A DNA stretch of 64,000 nt from an uncultured Actinomycetes bacterium (GTDB taxonomy: Bacteria > Actinomycetota > Thermoleophilia > UBA2241), in assembly GCA_963755025.1 (NCBI GenBank), contig CAVWIH010000030.1, forward strand, positions 1-64,000, read 5' to 3'. A program made the translations under genes and the position numbers. Shown here piece after piece: positions 1 through 11,520 of this stretch; the first letter of the stretch is position 1; the number at the start of each line of letters is the position of its first letter. Below the pieces are notes generated by a model that had not been told where the DNA came from, searched no databases, and worked only from the letters and a program-made list of their open reading frames with translations.

Positions 1-56
1 CGAGGCGATACGGTGGGGCTACCTGCCGCGCGTCAGCATGGCGGGCCGCGCCGGAC

Positions 57-1163
57 TCAGGAAGCGCACCACAGCCGCACGACTGCGGACCGCTCGCTTG
101 CGACGGCGCCCGACCGCGCGACCGCCGGCGCCAGTTCGAGCGCGGCCGGCGGGCAGGCCTCGGCGCACAGGCCGCAGCCGGTGCATAGCGAGGTGTCGCA
201 CGAGAGCACGCCGTCGGCGAGCGCGAGCGCGCCGTGCGGGCAGTAGCGCACGCACAGGCCGCAGCCGGTGCAGCTCGGCGTCGCCGTGAGCATCGCCAGG
301 GGCAGGGCGTCCGGCAGGCTCTCGCCCGAGCGCGCGACCCCGGCGCCAAGCGCGCGCAGATCGTCGAGCAGCCGCCCGGGCGACGCGGGCGGCGGCGCTT
401 GGCCGTGCAGGTCGGCGACGCCGCGGCGCCCTGGGGCGAGACCCTCAGAGGCGGTGCGCCGCGCGCCGCGCGCCAGGAACGTGAACAGGTCGCGCCGCGA
501 GAGTCCCGCCGTGGCCGGCGCGGGACCGGGCGCGCCGTCGGCCTCGCGCGGCGCAACGGGCAGACGCCGGCGGGTCACCGCGAGGTCGCGGCCGAAGACC
601 GCGAGGGTCCCGGCGGCCGCCTCGACCGCCGCCTCGACGGCCTCACCGGCCACGCGCTCGGAGCACGCTTGGCAGTCGGCGCTCTCCAGTCGCAGCGCGC
701 TCCAGCCGGTCGCCGCGGCGGCGATGACGTCGGCCGCCGAGAGCGCGCCCAGGCAGGGCACCACGACGGTCGCCGAGTCGGATCTGTCAGGGGCGGCCTC
801 GTTCGTGGGCTCGCCGGCGGTCGCTTCGTCGGCCGCCGGAGCGGCGCGCCGGCACGCGACCGTCACGCGGTCGCACCCCAGGCGCCGGGCCTCGGCGAGC
901 TGCTCTCGTACCTGTTGCGCCCGCGCGGCGTAGGCCAGCGCGCCCGTCGGACACACCGCCGCGCACGCGCCGCACGAGGTGCAGCGCTCGGGGTCGACCT
1001 GCAGCCAGGGCGAGGCCACGATGGCGTCGGTCGGGCACACGTCGAGGCAGCGCCGGCAGGAGCTCCCCCGATAGCGTGTCACGACGCACAACGGCGGCAC
1101 GGCTTCGGGCAGGCGCGCGTCGAAGGCGCGCAGTCCGGCGTCGAGGAGCTTGAGGTGGTCCAT
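57..1163 (-). CDS. 4Fe-4S dicluster (polyferredoxin-like) protein, last gene of the Mo-oxidoreductase operon
   Basis: Several CxxCxxCxxxCP motifs (CTSCGACAAVCP, CTGCGLCVRYCP, CTGCGLCAEACP). Directly follows the TorD-like gene. Confidence 0.85.
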   Translation of the reverse strand: MDHLKLLDAGLRAFDARLPEAVPPLCVVTRYRGSSCRRCLDVCPTDAIVASPWLQVDPERCTSCGACAAVCPTGALAYAARAQQVREQLAEARRLGCDRVTVACRRAAPAADEATAGEPTNEAAPDRSDSATVVVPCLGALSAADVIAAAATGWSALRLESADCQACSERVAGEAVEAAVEAAAGTLAVFGRDLAVTRRRLPVAPREADGAPGPAPATAGLSRRDLFTFLARGARRTASEGLAPGRRGVADLHGQAPPPASPGRLLDDLRALGAGVARSGESLPDALPLAMLTATPSCTGCGLCVRYCPHGALALADGVLSCDTSLCTGCGLCAEACPPAALELAPAVARSGAVASERSAVVRLWCAS

Positions 1164-1175
1164 ACGCGGGCGCGC

Positions 1176-1952
1176 CTAGCGCGCCGCGCGCTCGGCGGCG
1201 GCGGCGGGCCCACCGAGCTCGGCCACGACGTGGACGTCGAGCAGGTCGGCCAGCGCCGCGTAGAGCGGGGCCGGCGTGGCGGCGCGCACGGCGGCGGCGA
1301 ACTCGCCGAAGAAACGCGCGGCGTGCTCGCGCAAGAAGGCGTCGAGCGAGCGGCGCAGGTGCAGGGCGTCGTCGCTGTCGTCGCGGTCCCAGGCGGCCTC
1401 TTCGCTGCGGCACAGGTGAAAGAGGAACTCGAGCTCGACGGCGACGTGGTCGGGCAGCTCGCGCTGCGCGTCGACCGGAGCGACGCCGGCGGCTTCGTAC
1501 GCGGCGGCGGCGTACGCCGCCGCCGCACCGCTCAAGCGCGCCGGCCGGTCTTCGCGAGGCTCGAGGTACTGCGTGGCGTAACAGCCCACGGCGGGGTGCC
1601 CGGGGCCCGTGAACAGGCGGGCGTGCTCGACCGCGAGCGCCTCGAGCGCCGCAGCCGGCTCGGCCTGCGCGGCGGCGGCCCCGGCCGCCGCAAGCGCCGT
1701 CAGGGCCGGCTCGTAGAGCGCGGCGTCGGGGCCCAGCCAGGCGACGGCCTCGTGCAGGCCGTCGGCCAGCTCACCGCCGGTGAGCGCCGCCAGGTAGGCC
1801 GCCGTCGGCTCGGCGAAGCCGAAGGCGAGCGCCTGGTAGACGGCCGCCCGGCGGGCGCAGACGTCCGCCAGGCGGGCGGCCGGCTCGCCTTTCGGCGAGC
1901 CGGCCGCGCCACCGGCGGCGTCGTGTGCGGGTCGCGGCAAAGGCCCGGTCAC
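1176..1952 (-). CDS. TorD/DmsD-family molybdoenzyme maturation chaperone
   Basis: C-terminal part of ORF 1176..3089 carries EHARLFTGP and ELPDHVAVELEFL motifs. GTG start overlaps the NrfD-like stop (GTGA). Confidence 0.85.
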   Translation of the reverse strand: MTGPLPRPAHDAAGGAAGSPKGEPAARLADVCARRAAVYQALAFGFAEPTAAYLAALTGGELADGLHEAVAWLGPDAALYEPALTALAAAGAAAAQAEPAAALEALAVEHARLFTGPGHPAVGCYATQYLEPREDRPARLSGAAAAYAAAAYEAAGVAPVDAQRELPDHVAVELEFLFHLCRSEEAAWDRDDSDDALHLRRSLDAFLREHAARFFGEFAAAVRAATPAPLYAALADLLDVHVVAELGGPAAAAERAAR

Positions 1953-3214
1953 GCGCTGGGCTTGTCGCGCAGGGGCAGGTAGCGCACGGCCAGCGTGAAC
2001 ACGAGGGCGGCGAGCGCCACGATGCCGGTCACGATCAGGAACTCCCAGATCGTGGGGAAGTAGACGCTGCTCGTGGCAAAGGACGAGCCGTTGGCCTGGG
2101 GGATGCCGAGGGGCGTGCCCGGCGGCGACGGGATCGGCGCCTTGCCGAGGCCGATGACGATGAGGTTGGCGCGGTGCACGAAGATGCCGATCAGGGCGAG
2201 CACCGCCGCGACGATCACGACCTGCGGCCGGCGGCGCCAGGCGGCGACGGCGAGCAGGATGAAGGGGATGACGAGCCCCACCACTACCTCGACCGCGAAG
2301 CCCGGTGCGTAGCGCCCGGTGAAGAGCTGGTGCACGGCGTCGGTCGGGATGCCGGGGTAGTAGCCGGCCATGACCTCGCAGAGCACGAGGAAGGCCTCGA
2401 CCGCCACGAACACGGCGAGCAGGCCGCCGAGGAAGCTGCCGAGCTCGTCGGCGAACGAGATGCGTCCGTACCGCCGCACGACGAAGGCGAGGATCGTCAC
2501 CAGGGCGAGGCCCGAGACCAGCGCCGAGCTCACGAACAGGGGCGGCATGATGGCCGAGTACCAGAAGCCGCGCGAGATCTGCAGCCCGAAGATCCAGGCC
2601 GTGATGGAGTGCACGAGCACGGCGGCCGGCAGGGCGAACCAGGCCAGGATGTAGGTGAGGTGATGGTCGCGGTCGCGGCCGGCCTGCCCGGTGTCCTTGG
2701 TGCCGAGAGCCAGCCAGCTGCCACGAGCCGCCAGGTCGCGCCTGGTGTAGAGCCACAGGTAGAGCAGCGACAGCGCCAGGTAGATGAAGATGACCGTGAC
2801 GTCCCAGATCATGGGCGACAGCCAGTGGGCGTGGATGAAGAGGTTGTAGATGTGCTGCACGTGACCGAGGTCGGGGATGATGAGCAGCGCGGCCGTGGCG
2901 ATGGTCACGGTCGCCTCGACGATGGCGAGGCGCACGATCGGCGCGAACCGCTCGACGCCGAACAGGCGGCCGGCCGACGCCACGATCAGGCCGCCGGCCG
3001 ACAGGCCGACGAAGAACATGAAGGTGATGATGTACAAGGCCCCAGATGACGTTGTCGCGCATGTCGGTGATCTGCAGGCCGCGGACCACCTGGTAGATCC
3101 AGACGCCGAAGCCCAGGACGATGAGTGCGACGAGGGCCGACGATCCAGGATGGCGAAGGCGCGGGAGCCCCGGCGCGGGGCGAGCACGGCGCTTTCAGTG
3201 GTGACGGCGCTCAC
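1949..3214 (-). CDS. NrfD/PsrC-family membrane anchor subunit (frameshifted near 3040-3150)
   Basis: Polytopic hydrophobic protein with motifs DNVIWG/LYIITFMFFVGLSAG, PDLGH, SPMIWD, HSITAWIF and YFPTIWE. The N-terminus is split over frames. Confidence 0.85.
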   Translation of the reverse strand: MSAVTTESAVLAPRRGSRAFAILDRRPSSHSSSWASASGSTRWSAACRSPTCATTSSGALYIITFMFFVGLSAGGLIVASAGRLFGVERFAPIVRLAIVEATVTIATAALLIIPDLGHVQHIYNLFIHAHWLSPMIWDVTVIFIYLALSLLYLWLYTRRDLAARGSWLALGTKDTGQAGRDRDHHLTYILAWFALPAAVLVHSITAWIFGLQISRGFWYSAIMPPLFVSSALVSGLALVTILAFVVRRYGRISFADELGSFLGGLLAVFVAVEAFLVLCEVMAGYYPGIPTDAVHQLFTGRYAPGFAVEVVVGLVIPFILLAVAAWRRRPQVVIVAAVLALIGIFVHRANLIVIGLGKAPIPSPPGTPLGIPQANGSSFATSSVYFPTIWEFLIVTGIVALAALVFTLAVRYLPLRDKPSA

Positions 3215-3918
3215 AGTGAACCTCCCACCGCGTTCGGGTCCGGTGCGGATGAGGTAGTGCAGGCTCGGCTCGGTGCCGCGCTCGGGAAAGACGACATACG
3301 AGGGCCGGTCGCGCAGCAGCACGGAGACCTCGCTATTCGGGTCGTCGAGGTCGCCGAACGATGCGCGCGCCGGTCGGACAGGCGACGACGCAGCGCGGCA
3401 GCAGACCGTCGGTGACGCGCTGCACGCAGAAGGTGCACTTCTCGACGACGCCCTTGGGCCGCGCCGGCGTCTCACCGACCGACGATGACGCTGGCCGGCG
3501 GCTCCTGCACCGGCTTGCGCCAGTTGAAGACGCGGTTGTCGTACGGGCAGGCCACCATGCAGTAGCGGCAGCCGATGCAGCGCTCGTAGTTCACGTTGAC
3601 GATGCCGTTCGCCATCTTGTAGGTCGCCTGCGTCGGGCAGGCCTTCACGCACGGCGGGTTGTCGCAGTGGAAGCAGTTGGTCGACTGGTACGACATGGTG
3701 AGGTCGGGGAACGTGCCGGCCGGCGTGTCCATGAACGGACCGCCGACGGTGAGCACGCGCAGCCAGTAGAGGCCGATGCCCACGTTCTGCTGCTCCTTGC
3801 AGGCCACCGCGCAGCTCCAGCAGCCGATGCAGCGGTTCTGGTCGACGACCATGCCCAGACGCGTCGCCTTCTGCAGCTTCGGGTCGGGGACGTCGATGCC
3901 GGGGTACGACGGGCTCAT
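3211..3918 (-). CDS. DmsB/NrfC-type 4x[4Fe-4S] electron-transfer subunit (frameshifted near 3390-3480)
   Basis: [26 protein letters not shown] and [12 protein letters not shown] are intact. The remainder (EKCTFC...[11 protein letters not shown]...TEPS) lies in shifted frames. Confidence 0.85.
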
Positions 3919-3967
3919 CGCTGGCCCCCTTCGTGCCGTGCTTGTCGTGCGTGTGCGCTCATCGCCG

Positions 3968-6504
3968 TCACGCTCCTTCCACCTGCACGAGGCAGTCGTA
4001 GTAGGCGGCGTTGGACGGGAAGTTCGGGATCAGCGCCTGCGCGGGGTTGGCGATCTGATGGGTCAGGTTGTTGGGGTGGCCCTCGACGTACTGCTTGACG
4101 GCCAGCGTGTCCCAGCCGCCCTGGTAGCAGTTCACGACGCCGGGCTTGATCGACTCGGTCAGCTTGGCGTAGACCTTCATCTCGCCGCGGTCGTTGAACA
4201 CGCGCACCACCTGGCCCTCGGCGATGCCGCGCGCTTTGGCGTCTTTGGGGTTGATCTCGAGAAAGCCCTCGCCGTCGGCCGTGACCTCGTTCATCCACGG
4301 CAGGTCGCAGTACTGCGAGTGCGTGCGGAACTTGGTGTGGGTCGACAGGAAGGTGAGCGGGTACTTCTTGGCGAGCGCGTTGCTCGGCGAGGCCTCGATG
4401 GGCTCCTTGAAGTCGCAGACCGCCTGGTCGAACGGCACCAGCATCTCGACGTAGAACTCGATCTTGCCCGACTTGGTCGGGAACTCCTTGTTGAAGAACG
4501 GCACGTAGGGCATCGGTCGGCATGTTCATGTGCGGCGCGCCGCTCTTTCAACTGCTCCCAGGTGAGCCCGTCACCGTCGAGTCGGCGCCGGCCGGGTCGC
4601 CGATGTGCAGGATCTCGGTCAGGTACTCGTCGGGGGTCTTGTCGAAGTACTGGCCCACGCCCATCTTCTGGGCGACCATGCTGACCGCGTCGAGGTCGGA
4701 CTTCGACTCCCACAGCGGCTTGACGATCGTTCGGCATGTACTGCAGGTAGAAGTTGTTCGACGACAGCAGGTCGGTCTTCTCGAGGTAGGTGCAGGCCGG
4801 CAGCACGATGTCGGCGAGGTCGGCGGTGGCCGACATGACGTAGTCGGACACCACCAGGAAGTCCAGGACTTGAGCGCCTTGACGACCTTGTTGCGGTCCG
4901 ACATCTGCTGGGCGAAGTTGTCGACCATGAACCAGGCGGCGCGCAGCGGGTGCGGCTTGTCGGTGAGCATGGCGTCGCAGGCCGTCATGGGCTCCATGAC
5001 TGTGAACAGCGTGGTGCCCGGGCGGCGCCCAGAACGCCGGCAGGTCGAAGGCCAGTGGTGGTGAGGCCGCCGGCGAAGGTGGTCACGCCGCCGCCGTGCT
5101 CGCCGATGTTGCCGGTCAGCGCCTGCAGGGTGAGCAGGCCTGCATGGTGAGGTCGCCGTAGTACCAGTGCGACAGGGCAAAGCCGGCGCGTATGCCGACG
5201 GGGTGCGTCGTGCCCCACAGCTCGGCCAGGGCGACGATGTCGGCGGCCGGGATGTCGGTGAGCGAGGCGGCGTAGTCGGGCGTGTACTTGGCGACGGTGT
5301 CGGCCAGGATCTGCATGGCGGTCGCCGCCCGGAACTTGCCGGCCGCGAAGCTGCCCATGATCTGCGGCTTGCGGGCGCCCTTGGCCGCCACGACCTTGCC
5401 GCCGGCCGTGGCCACGACGTAGTCGTCGCCGGCCAGGCCCACATCGCCGGTGCGCAGCCACTTCTTGGTCTTGGGGTTCACCAGGTAGGGGGCGACCGTG
5501 TACTGCTGCAGGTAGGCGGTGTCGTAGAGCTTGTGCTCGATGACGTAGTTGATGACGGCGTCGATCAGGGCCACGTCGGCGCCGGGCCGCACGGGCAGCC
5601 AGGCGTCGGAGCCGGCCGAAGTGGCCGTGAAGCGCGGATCGATGCTGATGAGCGTCGGCGCCGCTGCGACTGGGCGTCTTTCATGACGCGCCAGTCGGGG
5701 ATCGAGGTCTCGGCCACGTTGTTGGCCCAGAGCACGATCACCTTGGCGTTCAGGAAGTCGGTCGACTCGTGACCGTCGAAGAAGCCGCCGCCGTTGCTCG
5801 GGTTGTCGGGGTCGACCAGCACGTAGTTCCAGCCCGCCGGCGTGGAGCTGTCGCCTTCGTTGTCGCCCTCGAAGTCGCCCGCCACGGCGCCGATGGCCGA
5901 GGCGAAGCGGAACCCGACGCCGACGACACCCTCGAGCATAGCCAGCGAGCCGGTGTAGGGGGCGATCCAGACCGACGTCCTTGCCCTACTTGGCCTGCAC
6001 CTTCTGCAGGTTGTCGGCGATCGCCGTGGTGGCCTCGTCCCAGCTGATGCGCTGCCACTGCCCCGAGCCGCGCTCGCCGACGCGCTTGTAGGGGTACTTG
6101 ATGCGGTCGCCGCTGTAGAGGTTCTCGAGCTGCGATACGCCACGCAGGCAGATGCGCGGCGGGTAGGCGTCGGCGACCGCTACGCCGGCGATGGTGGTCT
6201 TGTCCTACGGCGCGCCTTCGATCTGCTTGACCTTGCCGTCGGCCACGTGGACGAGGTGGCCGCAGGCGCCGTCGCAGTTGTTGGAGTGCCCGGTGCGGAT
6301 GAGCTGCTCGGGCGCCGCAGGCGTCGCCGCCTGGGCGGGCTGCAAACCCCCCAGGAAGGTGTCGTCGACGAGCTTGCCGGCGACCGCGGCGGCCCCGGCG
6401 ACGGCGGCGCAGCCGGCCAGAAAGGCGCGACGCGTCAGGCGCCAGCCCGGTGGCCTGTCGTCGGTGTGTCCCCCAGAAGTGCTTGCGCCAACGTCGTCTG
6501 ACAT
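3968..6504 (-). CDS. DMSO-reductase-family molybdopterin oxidoreductase catalytic subunit with Tat signal (many indels and two in-frame TAG)
   Basis: Fragments across frames: Tat motif LTRRAFL, HSNNCDGACG, PRICLRG, RIKYPYKRVGERGSGQWQRISWDEA, IDPRF, RPGAD, SATADLADIVLPA, and a C-terminal Mo-dinucleotide domain (HTKFRTHSQY, EINPKDA, VFNDRG). Confidence 0.85.
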
Positions 6505-6583
6505 GTGCCGCCTCCCCGTGCGATCCGTCCCTCGGCGTGCGGGCGCCGGCCGTTGCCGGTCGGCGCTCGTCACGTGGGTCCTC

Positions 6584-6739
6584 GGACTCCTATCCAAGCA
6601 CGGGGAGGTCGGTGCGTTTCCGCGACCGGCCCACGACGCCGCGTGTCGCCACGCGGACGTCCCATGGTCTGTCCATGGTACGGCCCGCCACCCCTAGCGC
6701 AGGCTGCGCCGTAGGGTGAGGGGCTTGGAGAAAGGACTC
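6584..6739 (-). ncRNA. Moco (molybdenum cofactor) riboswitch candidate
   Basis: Minus strand reads CTCCAAGC...CCTACGG...GGGC...GAAA...CCTCCCCGTGCTTGGATAGGA. The 5' TCC(TT)TCTCCAAGC pairs with the 3' GCTTGGATAGGA. This resembles the Moco RNA motif and sits in the 5' UTR of a Mo-enzyme operon. Confidence 0.8.
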
Positions 6740-6817
6740 AAAGCTTACCGCTCCATGGTACCACCGCCGGCCGCGGCGGCTACCCGGGCGGCGAGCCTGA
6801 CCGGCCCGCCGGGCGCG

Positions 6818-6837
6818 CACTTGACCAAAGTCAAGTG
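6818..6837. promoter_or_regulatory. FNR/CRP-like palindrome CACTTGAC-CAAA-GTCAAGTG
   Basis: Perfect 8-bp inverted repeat with a 4-nt spacer (TTGAC-N4-GTCAA), upstream of a TACCAT -10-like hexamer (6755-6760, minus) and the Mo operon. Confidence 0.55.
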
Positions 6838-6893
6838 GACGGCCGCTCAGGCCCCTGAAGGGCCGGCCGACCAGACCTCGGGAGAGGAGTCCG

Positions 6894-7975
6894 TCAGACC
6901 CCGAAGGCTCCGGTGCCCCAGGGCGAGGCGGCCACCGCGGCCGCCACGGCGAGGGCGTCGTCGCCCTTGCGCAAGGCGGCCAGGATGGGCCCGTAGAGGC
7001 CGTTCTGCAACGTGGCGACGGTCGCCGTGAAGCCCTCGGCCCAGCTCGTGTAGGCCTTCACGCCGACGCTGTTCATTGAGGTGGCGCCGGGCTCGGGCAT
7101 GGTCGTGTCGAGCGGGTTGTAGCGCGCCGAGTTGAACCAGTTACCGCCCTCGGCGAGCTCCCACGAGGTGATCGCCGTCAGGTTCTGCGAGGTGCGCGGC
7201 ACGCCCAGGTAACCCAGCAGCGCCTGCGCCCAGCTCGCCGGCGAGTAGGCGCCGCCGGCGCCGGTGACCGGATGGTAGCCGGCGGAGGCGGCGCGACGGG
7301 CGGCTGCGGCGGCGCGCCCGTGGCGGCCGCCGCAGCCGCCGCCTTGCGCGCCTTCTCCTGCTGCACGAGCGTCTTCACCTTGGCCTGCGCGCTCGCCAGC
7401 AGGGCCTGCCCCTGCCGGACTTCGGCGGCGATCTCGGCGCGCTGCGCGGCGACCTGGGCGAGCAGCGCGACCGCCTGCTTGCGGTCGCCGGCCAGTCGCG
7501 CGCCGCGGCGCTGCACGTCGGCTTTGGAGCGCTGCACCGCGTCGACCGCGAGCGAGCCCTGGCGCGAGACGTCGGACCACAGGCGCACGCTGCTCACCAG
7601 AGCGTCGAAGCTGGTCGCCGACAGGGCGACGCCCAGGAACCCCGCCGACGGCGCCTTGTAGATGGCCACGAGGCGCGCGGCCAGGTCGCGGCGCGCCACG
7701 CCGAGCTGGTAGACGGCGGCGGCGAGCTTGCGCTGGTTGTCGGCGATGCCCGCGTCGACCACGCTGAGGCGCTGCGCCGTCGTGTTGTAGCGGGCGGCGA
7801 CGAGCGCCATGCGGCCGTTCAGGGCGTCGATCCTGCCCTGCAGCTGCTCGGCTTTGGCCCTCGCCTGGGAGATCGACGAAGCCGCCGAAGCGGGGTTCGG
7901 CGACGCCAGACAGACGACCACGGCGATCGTGGCCGCAAGCCCGGCGACGGCCTGCGTGAGACGCTTGTGAGTCAC
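6894..7975 (-). CDS. Secreted coiled-coil (CwlO/PcsB-like) protein with a C-terminal lysozyme-like putative peptidoglycan hydrolase domain (frameshift near 7290)
   Basis: Signal peptide ending in ASA, a coiled coil containing LVAIYK...SFDALVS, then in a shifted frame WELAEGG..YNPLDTT..GVKAY..SPWGT. Confidence 0.65.
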
Positions 7976-8085
7976 GCCGTGACCTCCTAGCTAGAAGAAG
8001 AGGGGGCCTGCCGGCCACCCATCGGCGAAGGCGTCGGTACGACCGTCGTCCTTCGCTTGCCCGTGAGTTTGCGGCGCGACCACGC

Positions 8086-8114
8086 ACTCTACCAGCTCGC
8101 CCGAGGGGCGACAA
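8086..8114 (-). promoter_or_regulatory. Putative housekeeping sigma70 promoter TTGTCG-N17-TAGAGT
   Basis: Read directly on the minus strand about 110 nt upstream of the hydrolase start, with 17-nt spacing. Confidence 0.5.
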
Positions 8115-8260
8115 GGCGCCGCCCGGAGTGGGACTCCCGTGCTCAGGCGGTGCGCGCTACGAGTCGAGCGGCGCAGCCGGGCGTTCGACGGCGCGCCACG
8201 GCGCGGCGCGAGAAAGGCAGGGCGATCAGGCTGGCGGGTGTCGCTCGACGGCCGCGAGGG

Positions 8261-9292
<1,032 letters not shown>

Positions 9293-9321
9293 AGCAGCCC
9301 CCCAGCCTCATGCCTCAACCT

Positions 9322-9339
9322 CTTAACAAGCCTTAACCG
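9322..9339. promoter_or_regulatory. Direct-repeat operator CTTAAC-N4-CTTAAC (copy 1)
   Basis: CTTAACAAGCCTTAACCG, 17/18 identical to 24821-24838. AT-rich and intergenic. Confidence 0.55.
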
Positions 9340-9436
9340 GTTCTCTACTTCAGCTACGCAAGCCCACGCGCCCGCGCCGAGCCCAAACGGCGGCTGCCGG
9401 CCGCTGCGTCACGCCCGACGGCCCTTTTACCCCGAA

Positions 9437-11516
9437 TCAGGTAGGAGAAGGCGCGGGCGTCGCCGTTGGCGTCGTCGTTGGCGTCGTCGTCGCGGTCGGT
9501 CGCGGCGTCGGCGTGCTCGTGGGCGGCGCCGTGGTCGGCGTGGCGCTCGGCGAGACGCTGGGGGCGACAGGCGTCGGCGCCGGGCTGCCGGCGGCGTGAG
9601 CACCGGTCCACGGCCGATACGTCGGCAAAACGGCCGGCTGCCTGAAGTCGGCGACGCTCTGCGCGCCGAACACCATCTCGTAGTACCTGCCCCAGATCGG
9701 CACGCAGTAGGTGGCGCCCTGCACGCCGGGCATGGGCACTTCGGCCTGCGGATAGCCCATCCACACCGCGGTGGCGAGCTTGGGGTCGAAGCCGCAGAAC
9801 CAGGCGTCGGCCGAGTTGGTCGTGGTGCCGGTCTTGCCGGCCGCGACGCCGGTGTAGTAGTTCGGCATGGCGGCCGCCGTGCCGTAGCGCGTGTTGCCCT
9901 CGAGGATCTTGTCGACCACGTAGGCCACGCCCGCCGGGATGGCGCGGTGGCCGGGCGTGGCCGTGCGCTCGACCGCGCCGCTCGGCAGCACGACCTTCTC
10001 GATCGCCTGCGGCGCGTGGCGCACGCCCATGGCGGCGAAGGTGGCGTAGGCGTCGGCCACCTCGAGCGGGTTCACGACCTCGGTACCGAGCACGATCGAC
10101 GGGTAGGGCCGCAGCGGGCTGGTGATGCCCATGCGGTGGGCCACCGCCACGATCCTGCCCGGGCCGACGTCGAGGGCGAGCTGGGCGTAGACCGTGTTGT
10201 CGGACTGCCAGGTGGCGTTCACCAGGTTGATGCGGCCGGCGTAGGTGTTCGAGAAGGTGCTCACGTTCCAGTACGGCGGCACCGAACCCGCTCCCAGGTA
10301 GAGGTGGAGCGGCATCGAGTCGTAGTAGGTGGTCGCCGGGTCCGCGCCCTCCTCGACCGCCGCCACAAGGGCGAAGGGTTTCATCGCCGAGCCGAGCTGG
10401 CGGTGGGCCTGCCAGGCCAGGTTGAACTGGGTGCGCCGGTAGTCGGTGCTGGCCACCATGGCGCGGATGTAGCCGTTGGCCGGGTCGATCGACACGAGCG
10501 CCCCGGCCGGTCCCTTGGGCAGCGTGCTCTTGAGCGCCTTGATGCCGTCGCCCTGCAGCCGCATGTCGAGCGAGGTGTAGACCTTGAGGCCGCCCTGCAG
10601 GGCCTGAGCCACGCCGAAGCGGCGGATGAGCTGCTCGGTCACGTACTGCACGAAGTAGGCCGCCGGCCCCTTCTGGCTGGGCGGCGCCGTGGCGAACACG
10701 TGCGTGCCGGCCCGCGACGCGGCGGCCGCTTGCGAGGCGCCGATGTAGCCCTGGGCGCGCATCTCGCTCAGCACCAGGTCGCGGCGCGCCATGGCGTCGG
10801 CGGGGTCGTAGATCGGCGAGTAGCCGGTCGGGTCGCGAGGCAGCCCCGCCAGCAGCGCGCACTGCGCCAGCGAGAGCTGCCAGACGTTCTTGTGAAAGAA
10901 CGTCTGGGCGGCGGCCTGCACGCCGTAGGCGCCCTGGCCGTAGTAGACCGTGTTCAGGTAGGCGGTGAGGATCTGGTCCTTCGACCAGCGGTCCTCGAGC
11001 TGCCAGGCGAGCACCGCCTCGTGGACCTTGCGCAACAGTCCGCTCTCGTTGCTCAGGTAGGCGTTCTTCACGTACTGCTCGGTGATCGTGCTGCCGCCCT
11101 GCACGATGTGACCGGCCAGCACGTCGGCGACCAGGGCCCGCGCCACGCCCACGAAGTCGATGCCGTGGTGCACGTAGAAGCGGCGGTCCTCGATGGCCAC
11201 GGTGGCGTCCTTCAGCGCCTGAGGGATCCGCGCCGACGACACGACGACGCGGTCGGTGTCGCCGTGCAGCTGGGCGATCACCGCCCCGTGGCTGTCGTAG
11301 AGCACGGTGTTCTGGGCCAGCGTGCGCGACTGCAGCGCGGCGAGCGAGGGCGTGGTGCCCGAGACGGCCACCATGGCGCCGGCCAGGGCGGCCGCCGCCA
11401 CGAGCGGCACGGCCAGCGCGGCCAGCACCACCAGGAGGAACCAGCGACCGAGGTGGCGGCGGTGCGACCGGCGCCGCTGCGCCGTCGCGGCAGCCCGTTG
11501 CGGGGCCGGAGCTCAT
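9437..11516 (-). CDS. Class A penicillin-binding protein (transglycosylase/transpeptidase; frameshift near the N-terminus)
   Basis: GT51 motifs EDRRFYVHHG and GGSTITEQYVKN. Transpeptidase motifs SAMK, SDN and KTGT. Pro/Thr-rich tail. Confidence 0.9.
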
Positions 11517-11520
11517 GGGC

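Noticed and set aside
5986-6207. Pyrrolysine or TAG recoding
   Set aside because: The positions fit Tyr, the region is error-rich, there are no pyl genes in the window, and TAG is used as a normal stop in other genes.
7985-8080. c-di-AMP (ydaO) or c-di-GMP riboswitch upstream of the cell-wall hydrolase
   Set aside because: Only a hairpin and a GCAAA fragment are present. The conserved cores of either motif were not found.
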